This document shows positions 10,338-20,322 of a stretch of 64,000 nucleotides of DNA, piece after piece (position 1 is the first letter of the stretch; each line of letters begins with the position of its first letter). Below the pieces are notes generated by a model. It saw only the letters and a program-made list of their open reading frames with translations, ran no database searches and had not been told where the DNA came from. A program made the translations under genes and the position numbers. Where the stretch lies: positions 124,001-188,000 of the IMG/VR virus record IMGVR_UViG_3300044712_002668. One strand, given 5' to 3'.

Positions 10338-11003
10338 ATGTTATCAAGGGTTGCTTGTTTAGGTCAATGGTCATATCCTGGACATCACAATAATCAGCAG
10401 AAAGTTAGGTCTGATTTGTTTATGTCGGTTGTTAATGGTGGGTCAAGAACTCGTTTTACTGAAAGTATGGATGTTATATCTAACAAAGATATAGGGTATA
10501 TGATTAAACAACAGGAAGATTTGCCATGGCTAAGTGCGAAAGAAGAAGAATTTAACGGTTTATATATGGATTCTTTTTCAGAATTAGTGGATCAAAAATT
10601 TTTGCATAAAGATGATGGATGGTCTTTTTGTGCTTGTTTTTCAGATGTAGATAAAGAAAAAATGCAAAAAAAATTTTTATGTCAAGATTTAATTTCTATA
10701 GATGACTTAGAGGCATCGTATAATAACTTATTTTCTTGGTTTATTAGTAAAAACTCTAATGCTCCTATTATTTTTATACATTTTCCAACCGTTTTTGACA
10801 CAAGGGAAAAATATATAAAACAAGGGGCTGCCATTATTTCATCTATAAATAATCTTAAAAATAAATATAACATCTATAATATTATTGTGCCAAAAGATAA
10901 AATTGAACAAAATCAAAAAATTCCTTTTGTATATCATTTTGGAAAAACAACTGTAGATTACATTTCTGAGCGTGTTAAGAGTATTATTAATTTTGGGTGG
11001 TAA
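10338..11003 (+). CDS. Hypothetical protein, paralog of 2907..3569
   Basis: Same shared blocks as 2907..3569. Confidence 0.75.
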   Translation: MLSRVACLGQWSYPGHHNNQQKVRSDLFMSVVNGGSRTRFTESMDVISNKDIGYMIKQQEDLPWLSAKEEEFNGLYMDSFSELVDQKFLHKDDGWSFCACFSDVDKEKMQKKFLCQDLISIDDLEASYNNLFSWFISKNSNAPIIFIHFPTVFDTREKYIKQGAAIISSINNLKNKYNIYNIIVPKDKIEQNQKIPFVYHFGKTTVDYISERVKSIINFGW

Positions 11004-11480
11004 ATGTTTTATATAGCACACCGAGGTAATGTTCAAGGTCCAAATAAATCATTTGAAAATGATCCGGAATATATTCTTGAGGCTATTGATCTTGGATTTA
11101 CTGTAGAGATTGATGTTTGGTTTCTTGATAATCATTTTTATCTTGGACATGATAAACCGCAATATTTGATTTCTTCTAATTTTTTAATTGATAATAAATA
11201 TACTTTATGGTGTCATGCTAAAAATGCTTTAGCTTTAAAAGAGCTTTTGAGTTTAGATACAAATTGTTTTTGGCATAACATAGATGATATGGTTGTAACT
11301 AGTAAGGGTTATATATGGGCGTATCCTGGTAAAGAACTTACAGAATTAAGTATTGCTGTAATGCCTGAAACAGTTGATTGTTTTTCATATCATAAAACTT
11401 GGACTGATATAGATTTTTGTGCTGGTATTTGTTCTGACTTTATAATGGATTTCAAATATGAAAATAGCAAAATTGAATGA
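11004..11480 (+). CDS. Glycerophosphodiester phosphodiesterase-like (PLC-like) protein
   Basis: IAHRGN, EN, VEIDVW, LGHD, HAKN, GICSD. Confidence 0.7.
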   Translation: MFYIAHRGNVQGPNKSFENDPEYILEAIDLGFTVEIDVWFLDNHFYLGHDKPQYLISSNFLIDNKYTLWCHAKNALALKELLSLDTNCFWHNIDDMVVTSKGYIWAYPGKELTELSIAVMPETVDCFSYHKTWTDIDFCAGICSDFIMDFKYENSKIE

Positions 11481-11781
11481 GATGTTCAAGGGTTGGTTTA
11501 TCGGAGATTTTTTTCCAACACTGGTGTCAACACAAGATGTTGAAGTTGCTGTAAAAAATTATTACAAGGATGATTATGAACCAAGTCATCACCATAAAAT
11601 TGCTAAAGAAATTACAGTAATAGTTGAGGGTCAAGTTAGAATGAATGACTCCATATATAATTCTGGTGATATAATTGTAATTGAGCCAAATGAATCAACA
11701 GATTTCAAAGTACTAAGTGATAAGTGTACCACATGTGTTGTAAAGATTCCTGGGGCTACTAACGATAAATATTTGGACTAA
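11458..11781 (+). CDS. Cupin-fold protein
   Basis: [17 protein letters not shown], VKIPGAxNDKY. Confidence 0.65.
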   Translation: MKIAKLNEMFKGWFIGDFFPTLVSTQDVEVAVKNYYKDDYEPSHHHKIAKEITVIVEGQVRMNDSIYNSGDIIVIEPNESTDFKVLSDKCTTCVVKIPGATNDKYLD

Positions 11782-11782
11782 A

Positions 11783-12784
11783 ATGAAGAAAGCTTGTATT
11801 ACTGGGATAACAGGACAAACCGGCAGTTATTTAGCAGAGATTTTATTAGAAAAAGGATACGAAGTTCACGGTCTTATGCGGAGAAGCTCTTCATTTAGTA
11901 CCGGTAGAATAGAACCAGTATATAAAGATCTTCACCTTACCTACGGCGATCTTTCAGATTATTCCTCTATTGCCAATTGGATCCAAAAGGTTCAGCCTGA
12001 TGAGTTTTACAACCTTGGTGCAATGAGTCATGTTCGTGTTTCATTTGATATTCCAGAATACACAATGGATATAGGGGCAACAGGTGTTGTTAGATGTCTT
12101 GAAGCAATTCGTCATTATAGTCCTCAAACTAAATTCCTTCAAGCTAGTACTTCTGAAATGTTTGGTGGTTTCAACCCACCTCAAAATGAAAATAGTCCAT
12201 TCTATCCACGCTCCCCTTATGGAGCTGCTAAGATTGCAGCGTATTGGTCTACTGTTAACTATAGAGAATCATATAATATATTTGGGGTAAACTCTATATC
12301 ATTTAACCATGAGAGTAAACGTAGGGGGGAAACCTTTGTAACAAGAAAGATTACACGTGCTGCTACAAGGATAAAACTTGGTTTACAGGAAAAACTTGTA
12401 CTTGGTAACTTATCAGCTAAGCGGGATTGGAATCATGCAAAAGATGTAGCCAATGCAATGCTCCTTATGATGAACGCGCCACAACCAGACAATTGGGTTG
12501 TAGCTTCTGGACAGATGCATTCAGTGCAAGAGTTTGCGGAGTTGGTATTCAAGAAGCTTGATTTGGATTGGGCTAAGTTTGTAGAAATAGATCAGAAGTA
12601 TTTTAGACCTACAGAGGTTGATGAGTTGTGTGGGGACGCAACTAAAATAAAAACACAGCTTGGATGGGTGCCAGAATATACTTTTGAACAACTTGTTGAT
12701 GAAATGATTGCAGAGGACCTTAAATTAGCTGAACAAGAAGTTATATTAAAGGTTCATGAGAACTCTTCTAGTCACCGGCAGTAA
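11783..12784 (+). CDS. gmd: GDP-mannose 4,6-dehydratase
   Basis: ITGITGQxGSYLAE, [32 protein letters not shown], LGNLxAKRDW. Confidence 0.95.
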   Translation: MKKACITGITGQTGSYLAEILLEKGYEVHGLMRRSSSFSTGRIEPVYKDLHLTYGDLSDYSSIANWIQKVQPDEFYNLGAMSHVRVSFDIPEYTMDIGATGVVRCLEAIRHYSPQTKFLQASTSEMFGGFNPPQNENSPFYPRSPYGAAKIAAYWSTVNYRESYNIFGVNSISFNHESKRRGETFVTRKITRAATRIKLGLQEKLVLGNLSAKRDWNHAKDVANAMLLMMNAPQPDNWVVASGQMHSVQEFAELVFKKLDLDWAKFVEIDQKYFRPTEVDELCGDATKIKTQLGWVPEYTFEQLVDEMIAEDLKLAEQEVILKVHENSSSHRQ

Positions 12785-13721
12785 TTCGTTTCTTGGGCAT
12801 CATTTGATGCCGTTATTAAAAAATCAAAATCAATTTGTGGTGCTTGCCCCTACAAGACAAGAACTTGACTTGCTAGATGAGCAAGATGTTCTTGGTTATT
12901 TTGATATGTGGGGTCCAAATGTTGTTTTGCATATGGCTGCAGTTTGTGGCGGAATAGGGGCAAACAAAGATAGCCCAGCGGTATTCTTGGAATCTAATCT
13001 TAGAATGGCCACTAACCTCTTTCAAGCAATATCTAAATTTCAAATGGTAGATTGTTTTTATGGGCTTGGTTCGGTTTGTGCTTACCCTAAGTTCACACCC
13101 GTTCCTTTCAAAGAAACAGATATTTGGAATGGAATGCCAGAGGAAACCAATTTTCCCTATGGGCATGCCAAAAGAACCTTGATGTTATTACAGCAAACTT
13201 ATAGGGAACAGTATAACTTGAAAGGGGCACATCTAATCCCTGTCAATATGTATGGAGAATATGATCATTTCTCATTGAGAAATAGTCATGTCATTCCAGC
13301 CTTAATAAGAAAAATTGTAAATGCCAAAGATACTAAACTTTCCTCAGTAGAGGTTTGGGGAGATGGTACCCCTACCAGGGAGTTTTTATATGCTGGGGAC
13401 TGTGCCAAAATTATAGCTCAGGCTGTTTTAAGTAAATTTGATTATAGTGAGCCTATAAATATCGGAACCGGAGTTGATATATCTATATATGACCTAGCTC
13501 ATAAAATCAAGTCTATCATAGGGTATGATGGTGAAATTGTTTTCACTAATGACAAAGATTTGAATGGGCAACCACGAAGGAGATTGGATGTATCAAGAGC
13601 AAAAAGTTTTGGGTTCGTTGCTGAGACTGACCTTGATACAGGATTGCGTCATACCGTGGAATGGTATCAAAAAAACAAATTATCCGGAGCATTGGCTTCC
13701 GAACTTAAGGATGACAAATGA
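12756..13721 (+). CDS. fcl: GDP-L-fucose synthase
   Basis: [43 protein letters not shown]. Confidence 0.9.
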   Translation: MRTLLVTGSNSFLGHHLMPLLKNQNQFVVLAPTRQELDLLDEQDVLGYFDMWGPNVVLHMAAVCGGIGANKDSPAVFLESNLRMATNLFQAISKFQMVDCFYGLGSVCAYPKFTPVPFKETDIWNGMPEETNFPYGHAKRTLMLLQQTYREQYNLKGAHLIPVNMYGEYDHFSLRNSHVIPALIRKIVNAKDTKLSSVEVWGDGTPTREFLYAGDCAKIIAQAVLSKFDYSEPINIGTGVDISIYDLAHKIKSIIGYDGEIVFTNDKDLNGQPRRRLDVSRAKSFGFVAETDLDTGLRHTVEWYQKNKLSGALASELKDDK

Positions 13722-14752
13722 CATTGAAAGAAGAACTGAACAATGTAATGAAAGATCAGAGGTTATTATCTGTTGATGAATATTTAATCTTACGTGTAAC
13801 AAAAGAAACTGAAGATGATAAGCCAATAGAACCAAAGAAACCTAACCAAAAATATGAAGAGGCTCTTCAAAGATCAAAAATTACATTTGATGACATAAAA
13901 GAAACAAAAGATAAGTGTGAGGGTATTTTATCAACAGCTAGAAAAGCTGTCCCAGGTAAAACAGTTTTATCTCCAAAAAAAGAAGATAAACAACCAAAAA
14001 TTAAAGGGTGGCGTAGAACCAAACAGTTACTTGCCAAGAGGGCTTTAACTAAAAGTTTGGATAATGCTTTTATCCAGGGTGTGGACTGGGCAAAGAATGA
14101 AAAATCAGAAATCGAACCTTCTGAGGTAGATAAGGTAGATGTTAAGGATCTGGAAAATAATGTACCAGTAGAAGAAACTAAACCTCAAACTGAAGAGGCT
14201 CCTGTTGTAGAAGAGGTAAAACCTCATACGGTAGAAGAGAAAAAGGAAGAGTCTTTTCCAGACTTTGAAATACCTAGTATAGATCAATTACGAGAAGCAG
14301 CTCTTAAAAAGGCCGCACAGGTTCTATCAGATTTTCAAAAAGAACCTGAAGTAGGTTCTAAAAAAGAACCACCAAAAGTACCTGATTTTGATTTCAAGAA
14401 ACCAAAGAAACCAAGTGGAATAATTGGTGAGTTCAATAAATGGTATGATAACTTTAAAGTAAATGATTTTACTTTTCTTGAAGCATTGGAATATTATCAT
14501 AAAGTGTATGGGCCAACAGGTTGGACAGTTCAGAAAGCAAGAATACCACATTTAAACAATGATAATGTTGTTGTAACTCAAACAGAAATCGAGACAGCTT
14601 ATTTCTTTCACAGACTTGATATGAAAACCAATATTCCACTAAGAGTTTATAATGATGTTAAAACTTGGTGGAAGAAAAAGCGTAATCTGAAAAAAGAAGA
14701 ATCAAAATATTCCATATTAAATTCTTTCAATAATATATTCTATAGGAGATAA
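13718..14752 (+). CDS. Hypothetical protein, Lys/Glu/Pro-rich low complexity
   Basis: 344-aa coupled ORF. Confidence 0.65.
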   Translation: MTLKEELNNVMKDQRLLSVDEYLILRVTKETEDDKPIEPKKPNQKYEEALQRSKITFDDIKETKDKCEGILSTARKAVPGKTVLSPKKEDKQPKIKGWRRTKQLLAKRALTKSLDNAFIQGVDWAKNEKSEIEPSEVDKVDVKDLENNVPVEETKPQTEEAPVVEEVKPHTVEEKKEESFPDFEIPSIDQLREAALKKAAQVLSDFQKEPEVGSKKEPPKVPDFDFKKPKKPSGIIGEFNKWYDNFKVNDFTFLEALEYYHKVYGPTGWTVQKARIPHLNNDNVVVTQTEIETAYFFHRLDMKTNIPLRVYNDVKTWWKKKRNLKKEESKYSILNSFNNIFYRR

Positions 14753-14753
14753 T

Positions 14754-15149
14754 ATGAGAAAGAAAAATAAAAAAAGTGTAGAATTTTTTGATTTTAAGTT
14801 TGAAGATTTAACTCTTGAAGATTCAGAAGAGAATAAAAGAAAAGAATTTAAAGAGTGGAAGGATTTAGAAAAGCTTGCTGAGAAAAAACCTCTAAAAATT
14901 AAGGAGGTAGTTTCGTTATCTGAGCCACATATACCTGATGCTGATCTTGATAAGGTTAGAGAGCATATGAAAAAAGTCAAAAAGGCAATGTGGAATGCAG
15001 TTGATGCAATAAATAAATTTCGTATGCTTTCTGGAATGAATCTGGAGGATTTGAGTCTACCAGATTCCATTCTTCAACAGAAAATGTTTCGTTTGATCAA
15101 AGCAAGAGATGCTTTACATGGACTTGGTAAAGGTGTTTTCCGTAGATAG
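14754..15149 (+). CDS. Hypothetical protein
   Basis: AGGAG RBS, 131 aa. Confidence 0.65.
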   Translation: MRKKNKKSVEFFDFKFEDLTLEDSEENKRKEFKEWKDLEKLAEKKPLKIKEVVSLSEPHIPDADLDKVREHMKKVKKAMWNAVDAINKFRMLSGMNLEDLSLPDSILQQKMFRLIKARDALHGLGKGVFRR

Positions 15150-15159
15150 GAGATAGTAA

Positions 15160-15408
15160 ATGATAAATGATGGGTATGGAAAAGTAGTTTCTAAACAATC
15201 CAGTCAGGACTGGTATGACAATTGGCCGTATAGTCAAGAAGATGCTGCAGAACTTGCTACAGTTAATTTGGAGCAAGAATATATTTCAGCTCAAAAATCT
15301 CTTTTGAAAGCTAAAAAACTATTGGCTGTAAAAGAAAAGGAACTGGCTAAAGCAGAAGAAGCTTTACGTTCTCATTATAAATCTATTGGATTAAATGTAG
15401 ATGTATGA
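15160..15408 (+). CDS. Hypothetical coiled-coil protein
   Basis: AGGAG RBS, 82 aa. Confidence 0.6.
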   Translation: MINDGYGKVVSKQSSQDWYDNWPYSQEDAAELATVNLEQEYISAQKSLLKAKKLLAVKEKELAKAEEALRSHYKSIGLNVDV

Positions 15409-16361
15409 AAAAGAAACTTTTAATTACAGGTTCAGGCGGTTTCGTTCTAGGTAATCTTATCAGACATTTTTTCTTTAACAGAAAGCAATATACAATTTCA
15501 AGTATTGATAAGGTTAGAGAAGAACACATTATACATAATATTTATGTAAATCTAGGACATGCTTTTCATATAGCTGATGTTTGTGATTTGCATATTTTAA
15601 ATGTTATTCTTCAAAAGGAACAACCAGATATAGTTATTCATGGAGCGGCTGAAACAGGTGTTGATAACTCTCAAAACTGTGTTCAGCCGTTCATTCATAA
15701 TAACATTCTTGGAACACAAAATGTTATAGATGTCTGTGTAAAGAATAACGCAAAACTAATTTATATTTCTACTGATCAGGTATACGGTTCTCATCTTTCT
15801 GAAAAAGAACCACTCTTTACAGAAGAGTCTGGACTCAATCCACAAAACCCATATTCAATAACAAAGTATTCTTCTGAATTATTAATAAAATCTGCCGCTA
15901 AACTAAAGGGTTTGAAATATAATATACTACGTCTTAGTAGTAATTATGGACCCTGGCAAACAGGAAACAAGTTCATACCCAAAATCATAAAATCTGTTTT
16001 AGATAACAAGAAGATAGAGATTTATGGTAAAGGATCTCAGGTTAGGGATTGGACCCATGTAACTGATACTTGTGAGGCAATCTGTAAAGTTATAGATAAC
16101 TGGAAAGATAATGAGATTTACAATGTAAGTGCAAATCAGGAATTTACTAATCTTGAAGTATTCCAGATAGTGTGTAATGCATTGGAAAAAGGCCATGATC
16201 TGATTTCGTTTGTCGAGGATAGGCCATACCATGAATACCGCTATGGTATTAGTGCGGAAAAACTAAACAAATTAGGCTGGAAAAAAGAAATAAAGTTCAA
16301 AGATGGTATTCAGCAAACAGCACAGTGGTATCTAAATAATGCATTCGTTTTGAGGTTATAA
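15405..16361 (+). CDS. dTDP-glucose 4,6-dehydratase-like extended SDR
   Basis: ITGSGGF, HGAAETGVD, ISTDQVYG, YSITK, NYGPWQ, RDWTHV. Confidence 0.8.
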   Translation: MKKKLLITGSGGFVLGNLIRHFFFNRKQYTISSIDKVREEHIIHNIYVNLGHAFHIADVCDLHILNVILQKEQPDIVIHGAAETGVDNSQNCVQPFIHNNILGTQNVIDVCVKNNAKLIYISTDQVYGSHLSEKEPLFTEESGLNPQNPYSITKYSSELLIKSAAKLKGLKYNILRLSSNYGPWQTGNKFIPKIIKSVLDNKKIEIYGKGSQVRDWTHVTDTCEAICKVIDNWKDNEIYNVSANQEFTNLEVFQIVCNALEKGHDLISFVEDRPYHEYRYGISAEKLNKLGWKKEIKFKDGIQQTAQWYLNNAFVLRL

Positions 16362-16363
16362 TT

Positions 16364-17704
16364 ATGTCAACAAAAACATCCGTTGAAACAGTACAACAAG
16401 AGGAAATAGTGAACGATTTAGAAAACAAGATCGATAATGATAAGATGGCTGAGCTGAAGGCCAGAATGGCTGCAAAGAAAGAAGAGGAAAAAACTATGCC
16501 TCCTAGAATTGTAGAAGAAAAAAGAAAAAGTATCCGTTTTGGTGTTGTAGGATCAGGGCAAGCAGGATCCCGTATTGCAGAAGCTTTTTACAAGCTTGGC
16601 TACCCTGCCATTGCTATTAACACAGCACAACAGGATCTGGAACATATCGAGATCCCTGAAAATAATAAGTTGTTTCTGAAGTATGGTTTAGGTGGAGCGG
16701 CAAAAGATCTGACCATTGGTCATGCTGCTGCTGAAACATATTCAGATGAAATTAATCAACTGATGAATCGTAAGGTGGGTAATGAAGAGTCTATTCTTTT
16801 CTGTACCTCCCTTGGTGGCGGTTCAGGTGCAGGTTCTTCTGAGGTTATTCTCAATCTTATCCTGCAAATGCAGGTGCCAATCATTGTAATCACTGTACTC
16901 CCACAAAACAGTGATGATGTTCAAGTCAAGTCAAATGCTTTGCAAACCTTAAGCAAGTTTACAAAGATGGCTCAAAATGAGCAGATTCAAAATCTTATCG
17001 TTGTTGATAATGCCAAGATTGAGCACATCTATAGCGATGTAAGCCCATTTAATTTCTTCAAGGTTTCAAACCAGGCAATTGTTAATCCAATTCATCAGTT
17101 CAATGTTCTTAGTGCAGAGGTTTCTGCAGTAAAGCCGTTAGACTCAAATGAGTTCGGTAAGATGTTTACCGATGGTAAGGGTTTGACAGTTTATGGTACT
17201 ATGAAGGTTGAAAACTATGAAGATGAAACTGCTATTGCCAGCTCTTTGATTGATAATCTCAGTGGGAGTTTATTGGCAGATGGTTTCAAGTTATCACAGG
17301 CCAAATATGTTGGCTTTATGCTGGCTGCTCCAAAGCGTGTTTGGGATAAGATTCCCAATGTCAGTTTGACGTATGCTAAGAGTGTTATCTCTGAAGCTTG
17401 TGACAATCCTTCTGGTATTTTCCATGGATTGTATGAGATTGAGTCAGAGGAAGAGTGCATTACCGTATACAGTATGTTCTCTGGTCTTGGACTCCCAACT
17501 GATCGTATTGAACAGTTGAAAACTGAAACGAAAGAAAAACTTGCTGCGGCTGCCAAGAAGGATGCCGAACGTAATCTTACATTGAAGTTGGATGTAGGTG
17601 AAACAAACGTTTCAGCGGTTGATGCTATCAAACAGAAAATTGCGGCAAAGAAGAGTAGCTTCGGAAAGCTACATGAGAAAGCCGTCATTGATCGTAGAAA
17701 ATAA
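16364..17704 (+). CDS. Tubulin/FtsZ-family GTPase
   Basis: GSGQAGSRI, INT..DL, GGAAKD, tubulin signature LGGGSGAG, VDN. Confidence 0.9.
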   Translation: MSTKTSVETVQQEEIVNDLENKIDNDKMAELKARMAAKKEEEKTMPPRIVEEKRKSIRFGVVGSGQAGSRIAEAFYKLGYPAIAINTAQQDLEHIEIPENNKLFLKYGLGGAAKDLTIGHAAAETYSDEINQLMNRKVGNEESILFCTSLGGGSGAGSSEVILNLILQMQVPIIVITVLPQNSDDVQVKSNALQTLSKFTKMAQNEQIQNLIVVDNAKIEHIYSDVSPFNFFKVSNQAIVNPIHQFNVLSAEVSAVKPLDSNEFGKMFTDGKGLTVYGTMKVENYEDETAIASSLIDNLSGSLLADGFKLSQAKYVGFMLAAPKRVWDKIPNVSLTYAKSVISEACDNPSGIFHGLYEIESEEECITVYSMFSGLGLPTDRIEQLKTETKEKLAAAAKKDAERNLTLKLDVGETNVSAVDAIKQKIAAKKSSFGKLHEKAVIDRRK

Positions 17705-17725
17705 AATCGAGAGTTAAATTGTTGC

Positions 17726-17765
17726 TATATCCGTATTTAGGATCTTTATTCTAAATACGGATATG
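17726..17765 (+). promoter_or_regulatory. 18-bp hairpin directly upstream of the helicase start
   Basis: TATATCCGTATTTAGGAT-cttt-ATTCTAAATACGGATATG (two G-U pairs), ending 4 nt before ATG 17770. Confidence 0.6.
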
Positions 17766-17769
17766 CTAT

Positions 17770-19245
17770 ATGGTTTCAACTATAATTAGATTCGATAATT
17801 TTTGTCAGATATATGATGAGGATAATGTAGATTTATTTAAAGCTTTAGATAAACATTTATCCTTTAAAATTCAAGGGGCGGAGCATTCAAAGGCATTCAA
17901 GGGATACATCAACGATAGAGGGGAGGAGGTTACATGGGATGGCAGACGTCATATAATGACGTCCAAGGGACGCTTTCCAGCCGGTCTGCTTCAGCGTGTA
18001 ATCGAGTTTTATAACAAATGGCAGGTTAGCCCAGAGGTTATAGATAAACGCTCAGAGCGTTCTTCTGGGGCTCCTATTGATATAGAAACGGTTCTACGCT
18101 CCATGCGTAAAGAACCCAGAGATTATCAGATAGAAACCGCTAATATTGCAGTACAACATGACAGGGGCATTATTCGTTCTGCTACAGGTTCTGGCAAGAG
18201 CTTGATTGCAGCATTGATTACCGCAAAAATTGGTAAGCCAACAATTATATATGTTATTGGTACTGATTTATTATATCAGTTTCATAAGTTTTTTACAAGT
18301 ATATTTGGGAAAGATGTTGGTATAATCGGGGATGGTAATTGTGATATAAAGGATATCAACATTGCTACTGTATGGAGTGTTGGCCAAGCTCTTGGTCTAA
18401 AGAAATCAGTATCTCTTGACGATGATGATACTGAGGAAAAGAAAATAGATCCTTTAAAATTTAGTCAGATAAAGACTATGCTTTTGCATACTAAAGTTCA
18501 TTTGTTTGACGAATGCCATTTAGCTGCTTGTGATACGATACAAACCATAGCACAAAATTTAAAAGCAGAATATGTTTATGGCATGAGTGCTTCTCCATGG
18601 CGTGATGATGGGGCGGATCTTCTTATTGAGGCATTACTTGGAAGAAGGATTGTAGATATTGGTGCCAGGGAGCTGATCAAACAAGGTTGGCTTGTTGAGC
18701 CAGATATACGGTTTTTAGCGCCTCCACCATACAGTAAGAAAGGTAAGTATCAAACAATATACTCAAAATATATTGTGGAGCATGAGGCTCGTAATCAGAT
18801 GGTTGTCAAGGGGGCAATCAAACTGGTCGAGCAGGGGTTCCCCTGTCTGGTTCTCTTCCATAGCATTCGTCATGGTAAGATCTTATCTGATCTTTTATCT
18901 AAACAAATACCAATTGGTTTATTAAGCGGTAAAGATCCTAGTAGGGTAAGGGAAAAAGTAAAAGACGATTTAGAAACTGGTAGGATAAACTGTATCGTTG
19001 CCAGTAAGATATTCGATATCGGTGTAGATCTTCCTACATTATCTGGTTTGGTTATAGCAGGTGCTGGTAAGTCTTCAGTGAGAGCTTTACAACGTATAGG
19101 TAGAGTTATCAGACCTTCACCAGGTAAAACAATGTCAGCCATTATAGATTTTGCTGACAGAGCACCATATCTTTTAGATCATGCAGAAGCAAGAAGAGAC
19201 ATCTACAGGCAAGAGTTTGACAACGTATCTTGGCCTCAAAAATGA
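17770..19245 (+). CDS. Superfamily II helicase (UvsW/XPB-like)
   Basis: PRDYQ, ATGSGKS, DECH, SASP, GVDLP, QRIGRVIR. Confidence 0.9.
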   Translation: MVSTIIRFDNFCQIYDEDNVDLFKALDKHLSFKIQGAEHSKAFKGYINDRGEEVTWDGRRHIMTSKGRFPAGLLQRVIEFYNKWQVSPEVIDKRSERSSGAPIDIETVLRSMRKEPRDYQIETANIAVQHDRGIIRSATGSGKSLIAALITAKIGKPTIIYVIGTDLLYQFHKFFTSIFGKDVGIIGDGNCDIKDINIATVWSVGQALGLKKSVSLDDDDTEEKKIDPLKFSQIKTMLLHTKVHLFDECHLAACDTIQTIAQNLKAEYVYGMSASPWRDDGADLLIEALLGRRIVDIGARELIKQGWLVEPDIRFLAPPPYSKKGKYQTIYSKYIVEHEARNQMVVKGAIKLVEQGFPCLVLFHSIRHGKILSDLLSKQIPIGLLSGKDPSRVREKVKDDLETGRINCIVASKIFDIGVDLPTLSGLVIAGAGKSSVRALQRIGRVIRPSPGKTMSAIIDFADRAPYLLDHAEARRDIYRQEFDNVSWPQK

Positions 19246-19255
19246 AAGGTAACTT

Positions 19256-19897
19256 ATGGCTGCTAGGAAAAAAGAAAAAGGAAAGCTGAGTGGTTTGAAA
19301 GATAATGGAGAGCCAAATGCTTACTGGAAAAGGTTCAAGCAACGTCTGGAACAATATTCTGATACACCAGATGCTGAATGGACGGCAGAACATATTTTAG
19401 GTCATATTATCAAAAGGTATAAAGACTATACCAATATGGATTGGGCTTTGTCTATGTCAGGCCCTCCAACAAAATGTAAAGAAATCTATTGTGTTAAAAG
19501 AATGCAACTGGCTTTGGGTAGTGAGGATGGCGGGCTTGCTCATAAGTATGTAGATTATTTGTTTGATACTATCATTGTACCAAAGCATGTTTTACTGACA
19601 AGTGTGGCTTTCTTTTTTACACCACATTTGATTTCAGAATTCAAAGCCAAGCAATATAAAGAGCGTAGGGCTAGTAGGATAACCAGAACAACACAATTAC
19701 CAGCAGAATATGAAAGCATGGCAAGTCAGCTTGACCTTAGTATTTCAACCTATGGTGATTTAGCGTTTGCAAAGATGGCTATAGCTCAGTCTCCTGATAA
19801 TGATGATTATAAACAATACAAATTATTAATTGATAATCTTGCAAATGATGGTTTTGATTTTACCATTCTTGATCGTTTGGAGGATAAATGCAGTTGA
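19256..19897 (+). CDS. Hypothetical protein in replication module
   Basis: 213-aa ORF between the helicase and the loader. Confidence 0.65.
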   Translation: MAARKKEKGKLSGLKDNGEPNAYWKRFKQRLEQYSDTPDAEWTAEHILGHIIKRYKDYTNMDWALSMSGPPTKCKEIYCVKRMQLALGSEDGGLAHKYVDYLFDTIIVPKHVLLTSVAFFFTPHLISEFKAKQYKERRASRITRTTQLPAEYESMASQLDLSISTYGDLAFAKMAIAQSPDNDDYKQYKLLIDNLANDGFDFTILDRLEDKCS

Positions 19898-20322
19898 AGC
19901 CTGGAGATATTGTAAAAATTATCTGCAAGAATGGTTTGGTTGAAAATGGTTCCTTTGTAGAACAAGATGATAATCATCTTGTTTTGAAGTGTATTGATGA
20001 TTCTGTTCTTATAATACTGTCTCCTTATGAAAATATTGTAGCTATCAAGGTAAAAAGCCAATCTGAAATTGTTAGAAAACCACATGATGTTGCTATTACA
20101 GTACCGCTTCAATTAGAAGAAGAAACTTCTAATGAAAATTTAAGGTTGAAAAAACTTTCTGATCTTCATAAGTTACGAATTGAAGAGGAAAGAAAGAGAG
20201 CGAGGGAGTTATTAACTACTAAGACTCCAGTATTGTCTTTACCATCACCGGAGAAGTTTCATGGATACCCAACCAAACTTGGACCTGCTACCCTTCCAAA
20301 ACATACCCAGAAAAAAACTTGA
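19888..20322 (+). CDS. Hypothetical protein
   Basis: GGAGG RBS, 144 aa. Confidence 0.6.
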   Translation: MQLKPGDIVKIICKNGLVENGSFVEQDDNHLVLKCIDDSVLIILSPYENIVAIKVKSQSEIVRKPHDVAITVPLQLEEETSNENLRLKKLSDLHKLRIEEERKRARELLTTKTPVLSLPSPEKFHGYPTKLGPATLPKHTQKKT

